A stretch of DNA of 64,000 bases. Origin: Ostreococcus lucimarinus. Its lineage: Eukaryota. This document shows, one piece after another, positions 38,515-47,803 of this stretch (the first letter of the stretch is position 1; each line of letters starts with the position of its first letter). Under the pieces are notes generated by a model, which was given only the letters and a program-made list of their open reading frames with translations, did not search any database and was not told where the DNA came from. The stretch lies in assembly GCA_000092065.1 (NCBI GenBank), contig CP000589.1, one strand, 5' to 3'. The position numbers and the translations under genes are program-made.

Positions 38515-38571
38515 TCGAGCGATGCGCCCACGTGTCATATTATTCTCATGTTTTTACATTCGCCGTAAGCT

Positions 38572-41340
38572 CTAAATTCCATAGTAGCCGTTGAAGTCGA
38601 GTCGCGATAACAGACTCGCAACGTTGGTGTCGACGTCGCCGGCGTCGTTCAGAGCGTTTAATAAATCGCCGAGGAAGTGCCGGAACTGCGACCGCGTATC
38701 GCTCGTCACGGCTTCGATCTCTTCCTCCAATGCGACCAATCTATCCGCCGTCATAGCGTCCATGCTATTCTCCTTCAACCGTTCGATGGTGTCTGCGAAA
38801 CGCTGGCTGTCCCGGGCAAAGCGCAAGCACGCCGCTCGCGCGCGCTCCAAACGCTTCAAAATCTTGGGCCAGAACAACATCGCATCCTTCATGCAGGCCT
38901 CCAAAAACGCATCGTGTCCGGCGATCAGTTCATCCACGGACTGCGCGTCGTCCACGCGCGCGATCATCCTATCCCAATGAGGCTCGATGACCTCATTCGT
39001 GATGTAGTACAAATAGTTTTGCAAAAAGTTCAACATTCGCTGCGTGAGCGTGTGGGCCTGGGCGAACATGCGACCGAGTTGCGCGCCGCGCATGACTTGC
39101 AGACGCTGCCAACCCGCACAAAGTTCGCGTTCGGCGCACTTGAAATTGAACAGATGTCTGAAAAGAATTTGATACTTTGTCACGGCACGACGGTTGAGCA
39201 CGACGCTCGCCGGCCAAGGCGTGTCGTAATCGAGCACGAAGGCATCGAATCCAGAAAGCTCGTCCCCGTCACCGGTGGCTTTCGAAGGAGTCACAGCGGC
39301 AGAGTCGTCATCATCAATGCTGGAAAGTTGTCTCGATAGACCGTGACCGTCGATAGAGCATAACAAGTCGTCGCCGTGGTGGTCGGTCGCCGTGCTGGAC
39401 GACTTCACGGCGATATCCAAAAGCGTTTGAAGCTTGGGCAGACGAATGTCATCTGCGTCCTTTTCCAACTCAGACGCCGCGGTGTCTAGGAAATGCACGA
39501 GATAATCTCCTCGAGCGAGCAAGAAGTACATCTTCATGCTCATCAGTCGTGATTTCAACTCGCCGTCTTCCCACATGATTTGTAACAATTTGCGCGAAGC
39601 GTGCTCAAATCTATCGTCAATGCGATCCGCGTACTTCCCCGTGCCGATGATCATGTTCGGCCCGAAGTACATCTTACCGAGCCCGTCTCTCGGCTTCGCT
39701 GGGAGCTCGGCAATCGCGGACACCTTGGTCTCACGCACCGCGTTCAAATAGCGCCCCGTGGTGAGTATTTTTTGCGCAAGTTGTTTCCCTATGAATTGCG
39801 GAATCTCCTCGCGAAGGGAATAGCGTTTCGTCCAATACGCCGAGTTATAATCATCGGCCAGAGACGTTTTCTTCATCTCACGTTGCTCAACGATCAAAAA
39901 CTCGTCGTAAGGATCGTCGACTTGTCCATCGTAAACCCACAGCTCGATGGCGCGGCTGTACGGCGCCGAAGTCGCTTTGCTCAAACGCTGCACCAAAGCC
40001 GACACCGCACCATCGCCAGCGTGTTCGCAGCCTTCTCGGTGCAACAGATTGAGTATGCTCGCACCTTTCAAATGGTACGCTCTGCTCGCCACGCTCGCCA
40101 TGAGGCGCAAAGCCGGCGCGGCGGGTTGACAATAAAACCACGCCGCCTGAAGTGAAAGTGAGCCGATGTTGCGTTGGTGCTCGAGCTGCACGATCAACGT
40201 GTGCCAATCGTTCAGCAAATCGCGCATTTCCGCCGCTAACGCGTGGGATACGTAGCCATGCTTGAACTCATGCCGAGATTCGATGAAGGCACGCACGGTC
40301 GCCGCGTCCGAGCACAACGGAAGCATATTCTTAACCAACGCCGCGAGCGGCGCCTCGAGCCCCAGCTCAACCTCAAACTTTACTCGCGTCAGTCGATCGT
40401 CTTTGACCACGACACCCGAGCTCGTCTCGTCGTCTGTGCCCTTCCACGCGCTGATGTATCGCCCGTCGACGCCCATCATCGCGTATAACAAATCATCTAA
40501 AACCAGCAACTCTTGCTCGGCGGTGCCGTAATCGCTCAACGCCTTGACGTTTCTGTCTTGCTCCGCCCCACTCCCGAGATGCGCGCCCGTGAGAAACGGC
40601 CGCTTATAGTTCCAGTCGGGTAACTTTGGACCATCGGCGAGCTCGGTTGGTCGCGACACTATCGTGCGCTCTGGCTTACCGAACAATCCGCCCGAGCGTC
40701 TCTGCGAGCTTCCCACCGTCATGCGTCCGAAATCGCCAGCCAAGTTCGCGCTCACCCCCGACGCGCTCGCATCGCGCGAGCTCACGGAGCTCGTCATATT
40801 CTTTCCGAGCGCGGCGTAACGCTCTGGCGTCCCTAATCCACCCGGAGACGACACGAACGACGGCTCATCGCTCTCCGGCGTATCGCTCGCGCGTCGTCGT
40901 CCGCTCGCCGACGTCCCCATCCTCCCCGCCTCCATCTCCGCCTCCGCCGCGCGCGCCCCCGCCTCCGACACCGCAAACGCCAGCTCCTCATCGCTCGCGA
41001 TCTTCGCCATCACCGCCAAATACCGATCCAACTCCTCCACTCGCAGCGCTCGCAGCCGGTCGCACTCCGCCGCGAACGCCTCCGCGCGCGCCCCACTCCT
41101 CTCGCTCAGCACCCTCCGCGACTGCGCGATCGCCACCTTCGTCACGTCGTACTTCGATATCATCTTCCCCAGCATCGCCGTCGACGCCTGCGCGAGCGAT
41201 TCCGTGAACCGGTGCGTCGCGTCCAGCCCGAGCGCCTCGGTCAGCGCGCGCACCGCGCGTTCCAGCGTCTCCCGCGTCCGCGCGTCGTCGTCCGCGCCCT
41301 CGTCGTCGTCCGCGCCGTCGTCCATCGTCGCGCGACGCAT
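38572..41340 (-). CDS. GCP: Gamma-tubulin complex component (GCP2/GCP3, Spc97/Spc98 family).
   Basis: The GRIP1/GRIP2 regions are present, including LVLDDLLYAMMGVDGRYI and EMRDLLNDWHTLIVQLEHQ, over a full-length GCP architecture of about 920 aa. Confidence 0.85.
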   Translation of the reverse strand: MRRATMDDGADDDEGADDDARTRETLERAVRALTEALGLDATHRFTESLAQASTAMLGKMISKYDVTKVAIAQSRRVLSERSGARAEAFAAECDRLRALRVEELDRYLAVMAKIASDEELAFAVSEAGARAAEAEMEAGRMGTSASGRRRASDTPESDEPSFVSSPGGLGTPERYAALGKNMTSSVSSRDASASGVSANLAGDFGRMTVGSSQRRSGGLFGKPERTIVSRPTELADGPKLPDWNYKRPFLTGAHLGSGAEQDRNVKALSDYGTAEQELLVLDDLLYAMMGVDGRYISAWKGTDDETSSGVVVKDDRLTRVKFEVELGLEAPLAALVKNMLPLCSDAATVRAFIESRHEFKHGYVSHALAAEMRDLLNDWHTLIVQLEHQRNIGSLSLQAAWFYCQPAAPALRLMASVASRAYHLKGASILNLLHREGCEHAGDGAVSALVQRLSKATSAPYSRAIELWVYDGQVDDPYDEFLIVEQREMKKTSLADDYNSAYWTKRYSLREEIPQFIGKQLAQKILTTGRYLNAVRETKVSAIAELPAKPRDGLGKMYFGPNMIIGTGKYADRIDDRFEHASRKLLQIMWEDGELKSRLMSMKMYFLLARGDYLVHFLDTAASELEKDADDIRLPKLQTLLDIAVKSSSTATDHHGDDLLCSIDGHGLSRQLSSIDDDDSAAVTPSKATGDGDELSGFDAFVLDYDTPWPASVVLNRRAVTKYQILFRHLFNFKCAERELCAGWQRLQVMRGAQLGRMFAQAHTLTQRMLNFLQNYLYYITNEVIEPHWDRMIARVDDAQSVDELIAGHDAFLEACMKDAMLFWPKILKRLERARAACLRFARDSQRFADTIERLKENSMDAMTADRLVALEEEIEAVTSDTRSQFRHFLGDLLNALNDAGDVDTNVASLLSRLDFNGYYGI

Positions 41341-41440
41341 CGCTCGCCGCGCGCGTCGCCGGCGCCGTCGCCCGCGCCGCGGCGCTCGAGTGCCGCGCGC
41401 GCGTCAACGGATTTCGAATTTTCCGACGCCGCGCGCGCGC

Positions 41441-41530
41441 GTCGATCGATCGCGCGATCGATCGCGCGCCGATCGTCCATCGATGGACCGTCGATCGACG
41501 CCGTCGCGATCGATCGATCGAACGGCGGTC
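41441..41530. promoter_or_regulatory. Cluster of four perfect palindromes built on CGATCG/ATCGAT cores in the GCP/RPL18 bidirectional promoter.
   Basis: The palindromes are cgatcgatcgcgcgatcgatcg, ccatcgatgg, gtcgatcgac and cgatcgatcgatcg. All are self-complementary and lie 110-200 bp upstream of the RPL18 ATG. Confidence 0.35.
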
Positions 41531-41638
41531 GCGCGGGGCGAGATTTCGCCAAACGGCGGCGAATGCGAACGACGCCGTCGCGCGCGCGTCGCGCGCGCGC
41601 GCCGTCTCTCTTCGACGCGTCGAACCGACGCCGCGACC

Positions 41639-42700
41639 ATGGTGCGTGCGCGCGCGATCGACGACGGCGCGGTGATGCGTTCGATGCGCGGGGTCGCGAC
41701 GCGCGGGCGCGCGACGCGCGACGGGCGCGCGCGACGGGCGCGACGCGAGAAGCGCGATGCGAGACGCGTGGGGTTTCGGCGCGGCGACGCGGGGCGTCGA
41801 TGGCGACGACGGCGGGCGATGGCGCGCGCCGGGGAGGGGGGAGAGGGTGGAGATGAATACGTGGGATCGATCGCGCGACGCGCGGGGACGCGGGCGGCGG
41901 GGGGGGCGACGGGGGGGGCGAGGGATGGGCGATCGAGCGATCGGCGCGACTGACGGGACGACGCGATGTTTCGACGACGTAGGGTATCGATCTTAAGGCT
42001 GGTGGCCGTAACAAGAAGACCAATCGCACGGCGCCGAAGTCTGACAATGTGTACTTGAAGCTCTTGGTGAAGGTGCGCGAACGACGCGACGGAGGGACGG
42101 GGGAAGGATGGGGACGACGGCGAGGAAAGCCCTAGCCGGGAGGTCGCGCGCGACGACGCGCGAAACGCGAAGGCGAGGCGATGATGATGCGATTGGAGAG
42201 ACTGACGAATGATGATGCGCTCGCGATGACAGCTTTACCGATTTTTGGCTCGCCGTACGGATTCCAAGTTCAACGACACCGTGCTCAAGCGCTTGTTCAT
42301 GTCGAAGACGAACCGCCCGCCGTTGTCCTTGTCCAAGGTGGCCAAGTTCATGAAGGGTAAGGAGGGCAAGGTTGCGGCGATCGTGGGGACGGTGACCGAT
42401 GACGTGCGTCTCCACGACGTGCCGGCGTTGAAGGTGTGCGCGCTTCGTTTCACCGAAACCGCGCGCGCGCGTATCATCAAGGCGGGCGGACAGTGCATGA
42501 CGTTCGACCAGCTCGCGCTCTCCGCGCCGACGGGTGAAGGCGTCGTGCTCTTGCGAGGTCCGAAGAACTCGCGCGAGGCAGTCAAGCACTTCGGCGCGCC
42601 GGGTGTTCCGGGCTCCCACGCCAAGCCGTACGTCCGCGCCAAGGGCCGCAAGTTCGAGAAGGCTCGCGGTCGACGCGCCAGCCGCGGTTACAAGGCATAA
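41639..42700 (+). CDS. RPL18: 60S ribosomal protein L18 (eL18). I propose a three-exon model: join(41639..41641, 41983..42072, 42233..42700).
   Basis: Exon 3 encodes [30 protein letters not shown]...[10 protein letters not shown]. Exon 2 encodes [30 protein letters not shown] and is flanked by a ...cgtag| acceptor and an AAG|gtgcgc donor. Exon 1 is the ATG alone, followed by a GTGCGT donor. The joined product is collinear with eL18 from its N-terminus (MGIDL...). Confidence 0.85.
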
Positions 42701-42837
42701 ACTTAAACGCTTCGGGGCGTTTTTTTACTGTGTTTGTGATCAGATTAGCGACGCGCTTGGATGGTATAGCGAATTCTTTGAAATGTGAGACATCGAGCGT
42801 AAACTTAAAACATCTACACGACTTCCTACTCTTGCGG

Positions 42838-43050
42838 CGTAGCGTACAACTGGTGCTCATCTGGACGTGATCTCGACCGACTGCGACGAGTCGTCCTCCT
42901 CGGCGACTCGTCGCAGTCGGTGTACGTGATCTCGACCGACTGCGACGAGTCGTCCTCCTCGGCGACTCGTCGCAGTAGCGTACAACTGGTGCTCATCTGG
43001 ACGTGATCTCGACCGACTGCGACGAGTCGTCCTCCTCGGCGTCGGTGTAG
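42838..43050. repeat. Complex tandem repeat straddling the MEX1 stop codon. It has units of about 26 nt (A) and about 51 nt (B), arranged A-B-B-A-B'.
   Basis: agcgtacaactggtgctcatctggac occurs twice. gtgatctcgaccgactgcgacgagtcgtcctcctcggcgactcgtcgcagt occurs three times. One B copy encodes the C-terminal EEDDSSQSVEIT. Confidence 0.8.
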
Positions 43051-44285
43051 AATTGAGTCTTCAGCTGTCCACCGATGACCACGACGGTATACGCCGCCAA
43101 CAGCGCGGTGATGGTGGAAAACTCCATCTCTGATAAGTAGCGCTCGCCCGTGAGCGGGTTGTGCGCCATGAAAAGGGTCAGTAAAACGCCCCAACCACCT
43201 ACGAAGGTGGCCCAAAACGATCCGGCGATCCACACGGCGTCTCGAGTGAAGAGCGCGCGTGAAAGCATCAAGGCGTTACCGCTCGTGATGAACACGCTCG
43301 TGAGCACGGACAACCCCTGTAACAACTCTGGAGTGCTCAAATTGCTCGCGATTTGCGCCACGGGCATGGACATGAAGAGCGCGGTGGCGGTCCAACCGCT
43401 ACATTCGCTCCATTTGCTCGGCAGCGCGTCGGCTCGCGAGGCGAAGACGAGCGCTAAAATGGCGAGCTCAGACGGAAGCCACCCCAGCGCCGGGGTCAAC
43501 GCGTTCGATATGATCTGCGGCGTCGCGATGATGCCGATGATTCCCAAAGCGGCTTGGTACAGCTCCCACATTTTCTGCCCTCGCTCGCCGTGGGCGTAGT
43601 CGAAGTATCGCGCCACGCTGAGCGACGTCCCGGCGATGATGAACGCGCTCGACGCAAACATCACCGCCGGCGCGACGTTGTGAATGTTCCCCGTCCACGC
43701 GATTTGCGTGAGGAGCATGAACGACGTCGTCACCCCGATCGCCTGCGCCGCCGTCGCCGCGGGTTCGCGCTTATCGGCGAAGTAACTCAGCAGCAACAAG
43801 TTCCCGAGCATCCCGGCGCCGTACCCCTGCCACGAAACCGCGCCCAACGCCATCAAATCCCCCGCCATCACGTTCACGTAATTCTTCCAAATCTGCGGAA
43901 ACGTCAGCAGCGTCAACGGCGCCATCGCGAAGAAGGACAAAGTCTCCGTCGTCGCGTCCAACTTTTCCAGCGCCGTCGCCTCGCCGCGCCGTCCCTCGAT
44001 CGCGTCCCTCTCCCCTCCTCGTCGCGTCTCCCTCGCGCGCGTCGCGCGCGCCGTCCCTCCCGCGCCATCCTCTCGACCCTCCCGCGCGGCTTTCGCGGCC
44101 GTCGCGCGTCGCGCGTCGTCGTCGCGCCCCCGACTTCTGAGATTCGCCGTCGCGCGTCCAACGAACTCGCGTCCGCGCCGTCGCCCGCGTCGTCGTCCCG
44201 TCGCCTCGCCGCGCGCGTCGCGCGCGACGACGCGCGCGCGCGGCGTCACCGCCATCGCCGTCGCCCGCGCGACGGTCGTCGGCAT
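42993..44285 (-). CDS. MEX1: Maltose excess protein 1-like chloroplast envelope maltose exporter.
   Basis: FPQIWKNYVNVMAGDLMALGAVSWQGYGAGMLGNLLLLSYFADKRE and SGWTATALFMSMPVAQIASN match MEX1 signature blocks as I recall them (LPQIILNTQNLLAGN...LGNLSLLSYFAKKRE, SGWTATLMFMWMPVSQ). An ATG at 44285 gives a Thr/Ala/Arg-rich presequence. The 5' part of ORF 42993..45263 is spurious. Confidence 0.8.
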   Translation of the reverse strand: MPTTVARATAMAVTPRARVVARDARGEATGRRRGRRRGREFVGRATANLRSRGRDDDARRATAAKAAREGREDGAGGTARATRARETRRGGERDAIEGRRGEATALEKLDATTETLSFFAMAPLTLLTFPQIWKNYVNVMAGDLMALGAVSWQGYGAGMLGNLLLLSYFADKREPAATAAQAIGVTTSFMLLTQIAWTGNIHNVAPAVMFASSAFIIAGTSLSVARYFDYAHGERGQKMWELYQAALGIIGIIATPQIISNALTPALGWLPSELAILALVFASRADALPSKWSECSGWTATALFMSMPVAQIASNLSTPELLQGLSVLTSVFITSGNALMLSRALFTRDAVWIAGSFWATFVGGWGVLLTLFMAHNPLTGERYLSEMEFSTITALLAAYTVVVIGGQLKTQFYTDAEEDDSSQSVEITSR

Positions 44286-44759
44286 CGCCGCCGTCGCGCT
44301 CTCCCGCGCCGTCGTCGTCGTCGTCGTCGATCGCGCGTCGAAAGATCCAATCGTCGATCGTCGCGTCGGTCGCTTTTTCGACCGTCGACGACGATCGCGC
44401 GCCGATGGGCGTTCGTATCGCGTCTGTACGAGACGCGCGACGCGCGCGCGCGACGCGCCGGCGCGCGCGATCGGTCGGTCGCCGCGATCGGCGCGCGGCG
44501 ACCGACCGACCGCGCGCGCGCGTCGCGTGACTGTTTGCGCACACGGCGCGTCGACCGCGCGTCGCGCCGCGCGCGAAAATCTCGTCGCGCGGCGCCAGAC
44601 CCTGACGTTGGATGTGTTTACCTCGACGTCGCGGCGCGTCTCGCGGTGCGTATTTCGGACGACGTTTGCGGTATCGATCGATCGCGGGCGATCGACGTCG
44701 CGCTGTCGGGCGATCGCGCGCGCGCGTCGCGAGACGGCGACGCGACGACGTCGCGCGCG

Positions 44760-46355
44760 ATGGCGACGATGATGAACGCGATGGCGCGCGCGACGGCGCG
44801 CGCGTCGACGCGACGCGGCGCGCGCGAGGGACGCGCGAGGGACGGGGAGGGAAACCTCGCGCGCGAAGATTATCGGCGTCGTCGGGGGCGCGGACGTCGG
44901 CGTCGCGCGGGAACGATCGGCGGCGCGGCGTCGACGGAGGAGACGACGTCGACGCGCGGGCGCGCGGAGAGCGCGCGATACGACGACGCGGAGATACCGC
45001 GAGGCGTGGGGAGCGCGACGAAGGCGGAGCTCGCGCGGTGGCTGGAGGGGCGACGCCTGCCGGGGCAAAAGATGGCGCTGGAGGTGAACCTGGCGGAGGG
45101 ACGAGGGTTGGTGGCGACGGAGGAGATCAAGCGGGGAGAGGCGTTGCTCGGGGTGCCCAGGACGACGCTGATCACGGTGGAGCGAGCGATCGCGGAGGCG
45201 AAGTTGGGGCCGAAGCACGCCGAGCTGCAGGAGTGGAGCGTGCTGGCGACGTTTTTGGCGCAACAGGCGCTGGCGTTGGAGAGCGGGACCGCGGGGACGT
45301 TCGGGGAGTACATCAGGGCGCTGCCTCGACGCACGGGGAGCGTGTTAGATTGGCCGGAAGATGAGGTGGATAAGCTTTTGAAGGGGTCGCCGTCGCGCTT
45401 GGCGGCGGCGGAGCGACAGGATAGCGTCAACGCGGCGATTGATGAGATTCGCTCGTACTTTCCCGAAATCACGGTCGGAGCGCTTCGATGGGCGTTCGAT
45501 ATTCTTTTCAGTCGTTTGATTCGTTTGGACGCCATGGGGGGCGAGCTCGCGCTCGTGCCGTGGGCGGATATGTTGAACCACAAGCCGGGGTGCGCGGCGT
45601 TCATCGACTTGAACGGCGACGCCGTCAACCTCACCACCGATCGATCGTACGTCAAGGGCGAGCAAGTGTGGGCGTCCTACGGTCAACGACCATCGAGTGA
45701 GCTTTTGATCTCGTACGGTTTCGCCCCAGAGGTTGGTGAAAACCCAGACGACGAATACGCCCTCACGCTCGGCGTCGACGTCAACGACCCGCTCGCCGAC
45801 GCCAAGGCGCAAGTGCTCAGAGATATGGGCCTGAGTCCGGTGGAAACGTTCCCGCTTCGCTTGAACGGGTACCCGCGTCAGTTGTTGCAGTACGCGTCCT
45901 TCATTCTTTGTAACCCGGAGAAGCCGAGCGAGCTTAAGGGTTTGGCGCAGTCGGCGTTCACGGGGAGCGCGAACATCGGGCAGTCGATTTTCGATTCGGT
46001 GCGCGGCTTGACTAATGGCAAGGCGCGCGGGAAGCAAGGGGTGATTTTGGGTGGCGTCGCGGGTGAGATAGCGGTTCGAGAAATGCTCGCGGACTTGTGC
46101 GCCGAGGCGTTGAGCGCGTACCCGAACACGCTCGAAAAAGACAAGGGTCTGGCTCAAGGGCGCATGCCCGATTTCCCCGGCGCCGACGCGTGGACGGGCG
46201 TGGCGCCGGACGCGATCCGGGCGACGCAGCGTTCGGTCTCCGCGGCGCGTGTGCGCGTGTCTGAGCGACGCATCTTGGCCAAGACCGATAGTGAAGTGCG
46301 TTTGCAGTTGCGCAAATTGAAACAAAAGTCGTTGATGGACGACTTCAAGCAGTAG
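44760..46355 (+). CDS. SET-domain protein-lysine N-methyltransferase of the Rubisco LSMT / SETD6 class, with a Rubisco-LSMT substrate-binding-like C-terminal domain.
   Basis: The SET core is ...LVPWADMLNHKPG...VWASYGQRPSSELLISYGF, followed by a helical C-terminal domain. An ATG at 44760 lies within ORF 43554..46355, whose upstream part is antisense to MEX1. Confidence 0.75.
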   Translation: MATMMNAMARATARASTRRGAREGRARDGEGNLAREDYRRRRGRGRRRRAGTIGGAASTEETTSTRGRAESARYDDAEIPRGVGSATKAELARWLEGRRLPGQKMALEVNLAEGRGLVATEEIKRGEALLGVPRTTLITVERAIAEAKLGPKHAELQEWSVLATFLAQQALALESGTAGTFGEYIRALPRRTGSVLDWPEDEVDKLLKGSPSRLAAAERQDSVNAAIDEIRSYFPEITVGALRWAFDILFSRLIRLDAMGGELALVPWADMLNHKPGCAAFIDLNGDAVNLTTDRSYVKGEQVWASYGQRPSSELLISYGFAPEVGENPDDEYALTLGVDVNDPLADAKAQVLRDMGLSPVETFPLRLNGYPRQLLQYASFILCNPEKPSELKGLAQSAFTGSANIGQSIFDSVRGLTNGKARGKQGVILGGVAGEIAVREMLADLCAEALSAYPNTLEKDKGLAQGRMPDFPGADAWTGVAPDAIRATQRSVSAARVRVSERRILAKTDSEVRLQLRKLKQKSLMDDFKQ

Positions 46356-46578
46356 AAATCGCAGTCATCGCTTACCTTTTAATTAATTCCCAGCGGCTTT
46401 CACCTCGGCCGTGGATCGCGCTTCGTTCGCCGAGTCGCGCGCGCGCGCACGCGTAATGTTAAATTCGATTTTCTCTCAAATCTGTATTACACCCAAGCAC
46501 CACTAATCGTCTAGAGCGATCTAATCGCTCGCGACGCGCGTTCCAATCCCTCGCCAATTCGCGAAACGACTTCACGCC

Positions 46579-47612
46579 TTAAGCTTCCGGGAACTGGAAC
46601 GAGCATTCCTTCCCGGTGAGCTTCTTGTACACACCCGCGAACGTGTCGAGCTTGTACTCGGTCGTGCTGCGGTCCTTCGGGTCCAAGTACACCTTGAGGA
46701 GGCGAGAGCCGTCCAATCGGTAGCGCTGGCGCTTGCCGACAATCTCCGTCGGGTAAACCAAATCTTCCAACAACGCCGCGTGGACCGCGGTGAGAGTGCG
46801 AGATCTAGGGCGCGAGCGCGCCATGTTGTTCGACGGAACCGGCATAATGCGACGGTTCGCGACGATCACCACATCCTTACCGCTGAACTTCTTCTCGAGC
46901 TCGCGCACCAAGCGTTGTTGAATCTTGTGGTACGACTTCAACGCGCGGTACGGCACGTGAATCACGATCGCGGTACGACCGCCCGCAACCTCAACCTCAG
47001 CCGCGGAGTTGATGTAAAGATCCTTAAGATCCGCCTTGAGCTCGGCGTTCGACGCCTCGAGTTCGATCATGGCCTGCTCAAGAAAAGCGTTTCGCGCGCG
47101 TCAGTCGTCAAGCCCCGCGCGCGTCGTCCTCACCCATCGCACCATCGCGCCGTCTCGCGCCTATGCCCGCGCCCGTCCATCGCCGCGCACTCTCCCGAGC
47201 GACGCGCCGAAATACAATTCCCGCATTCATCGCCCTCGTCGCGCCGCCGCGCGCGCGCGCGCGCCCCGCCGCGCGCGCGATCGTCCCGACAAACCCTAAA
47301 GCCGCGCAACGCGCATCGCATCGCGTCGTCTCTCATCGTACCTGCGCCACGGTCTCCTCAAACGGGGTCAACGCCGCGCCGTTCGCCTTGACAATCTATT
47401 CGTTCGTAATCGTCTCTCCGTCAGTCGCGGTTCGAGGCGCGTCGCGTCGGGCGCGGCGCGGCGTCGTCGCGACGTCGCGATCGTCGAAAGCCCCAGCGCG
47501 CGCGCCGCGGTCGGCGCGGGCGCGGACGCGCGGTGCGCGGGACGGCGCGCGGTGAGGCGCGCGCGATGGTCGGCGCGTCGTTCTTCTCGCGGCGCACCTT
47601 CGTGGACGACAT
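46579..47612 (-). CDS. RPS7: 40S ribosomal protein S7 (eS7). I propose a three-exon model: join(46579..47073, 47342..47395, 47598..47612).
   Basis: Exon 1 is MSSTK, confirmed by ORF 47421..47612, with donor AAG|gtgcgcc. Exon 2 is [18 protein letters not shown], between an ...aatag| acceptor and a CAG|gtacga donor. Exon 3 is A+[21 protein letters not shown]...FQFPEA, after a cttttcttgagcag| acceptor. The joined product is 187 aa and collinear with eS7. Confidence 0.85.
47291..47299. promoter_or_regulatory. Telo-box AAACCCTAA within RPS7 intron 2. A second AAACCCT lies at about 47685, upstream of the RPS7 ATG.
   Basis: Exact matches. Telo-boxes are known cis-elements of plant ribosomal-protein genes, and they often sit in the 5' UTR or the first introns. 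Confidence 0.35.
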
Positions 47613-47803
47613 GTTCGCGTGAGTCGCTGCGCGCGTCGGAAAGACGGATGCCGCGACGCGCGCGGCGGACTCGAGGCGGTTCTAAACCCTCGTCCTTTTG
47701 GAGCGCGAGACGACGAACGCGAGACCAGGGCGAACGAGAGTGAACAAAAATAGTGTGTGTGTGCATTCAATAGAAGCCGCGAAAAAGACAGTTGAGCTTT
47801 GCT

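Noticed and set aside
41441-41530. Palindrome and tandem-repeat clusters considered as CRISPR-like arrays or as terminal inverted repeats of a mobile element.
   Set aside because: They have no regular repeat-spacer periodicity. The units are short (10-22 nt) and sit in promoters of a eukaryotic genome. No transposase, target-site duplication or long TIR/LTR structure is found anywhere in the window.
42170-42232. ATGATGA ... CTGA ... ATGATGA motifs in RPL18 intron 2 that might be an intronic C/D-box snoRNA.
   Set aside because: The candidate C and D boxes are only about 14 nt apart. No 3' terminal D box (CTGA) or terminal stem is present. It is more likely an (ATG)n-type direct repeat, atgatgatgcg occurring twice.
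43554-44759. The N-terminal 400 residues of the 933-aa ORF 43554..46355.
   Set aside because: They are antisense to the MEX1 coding region and rich in Arg and His. The SET-domain gene starts at the ATG at 44760.
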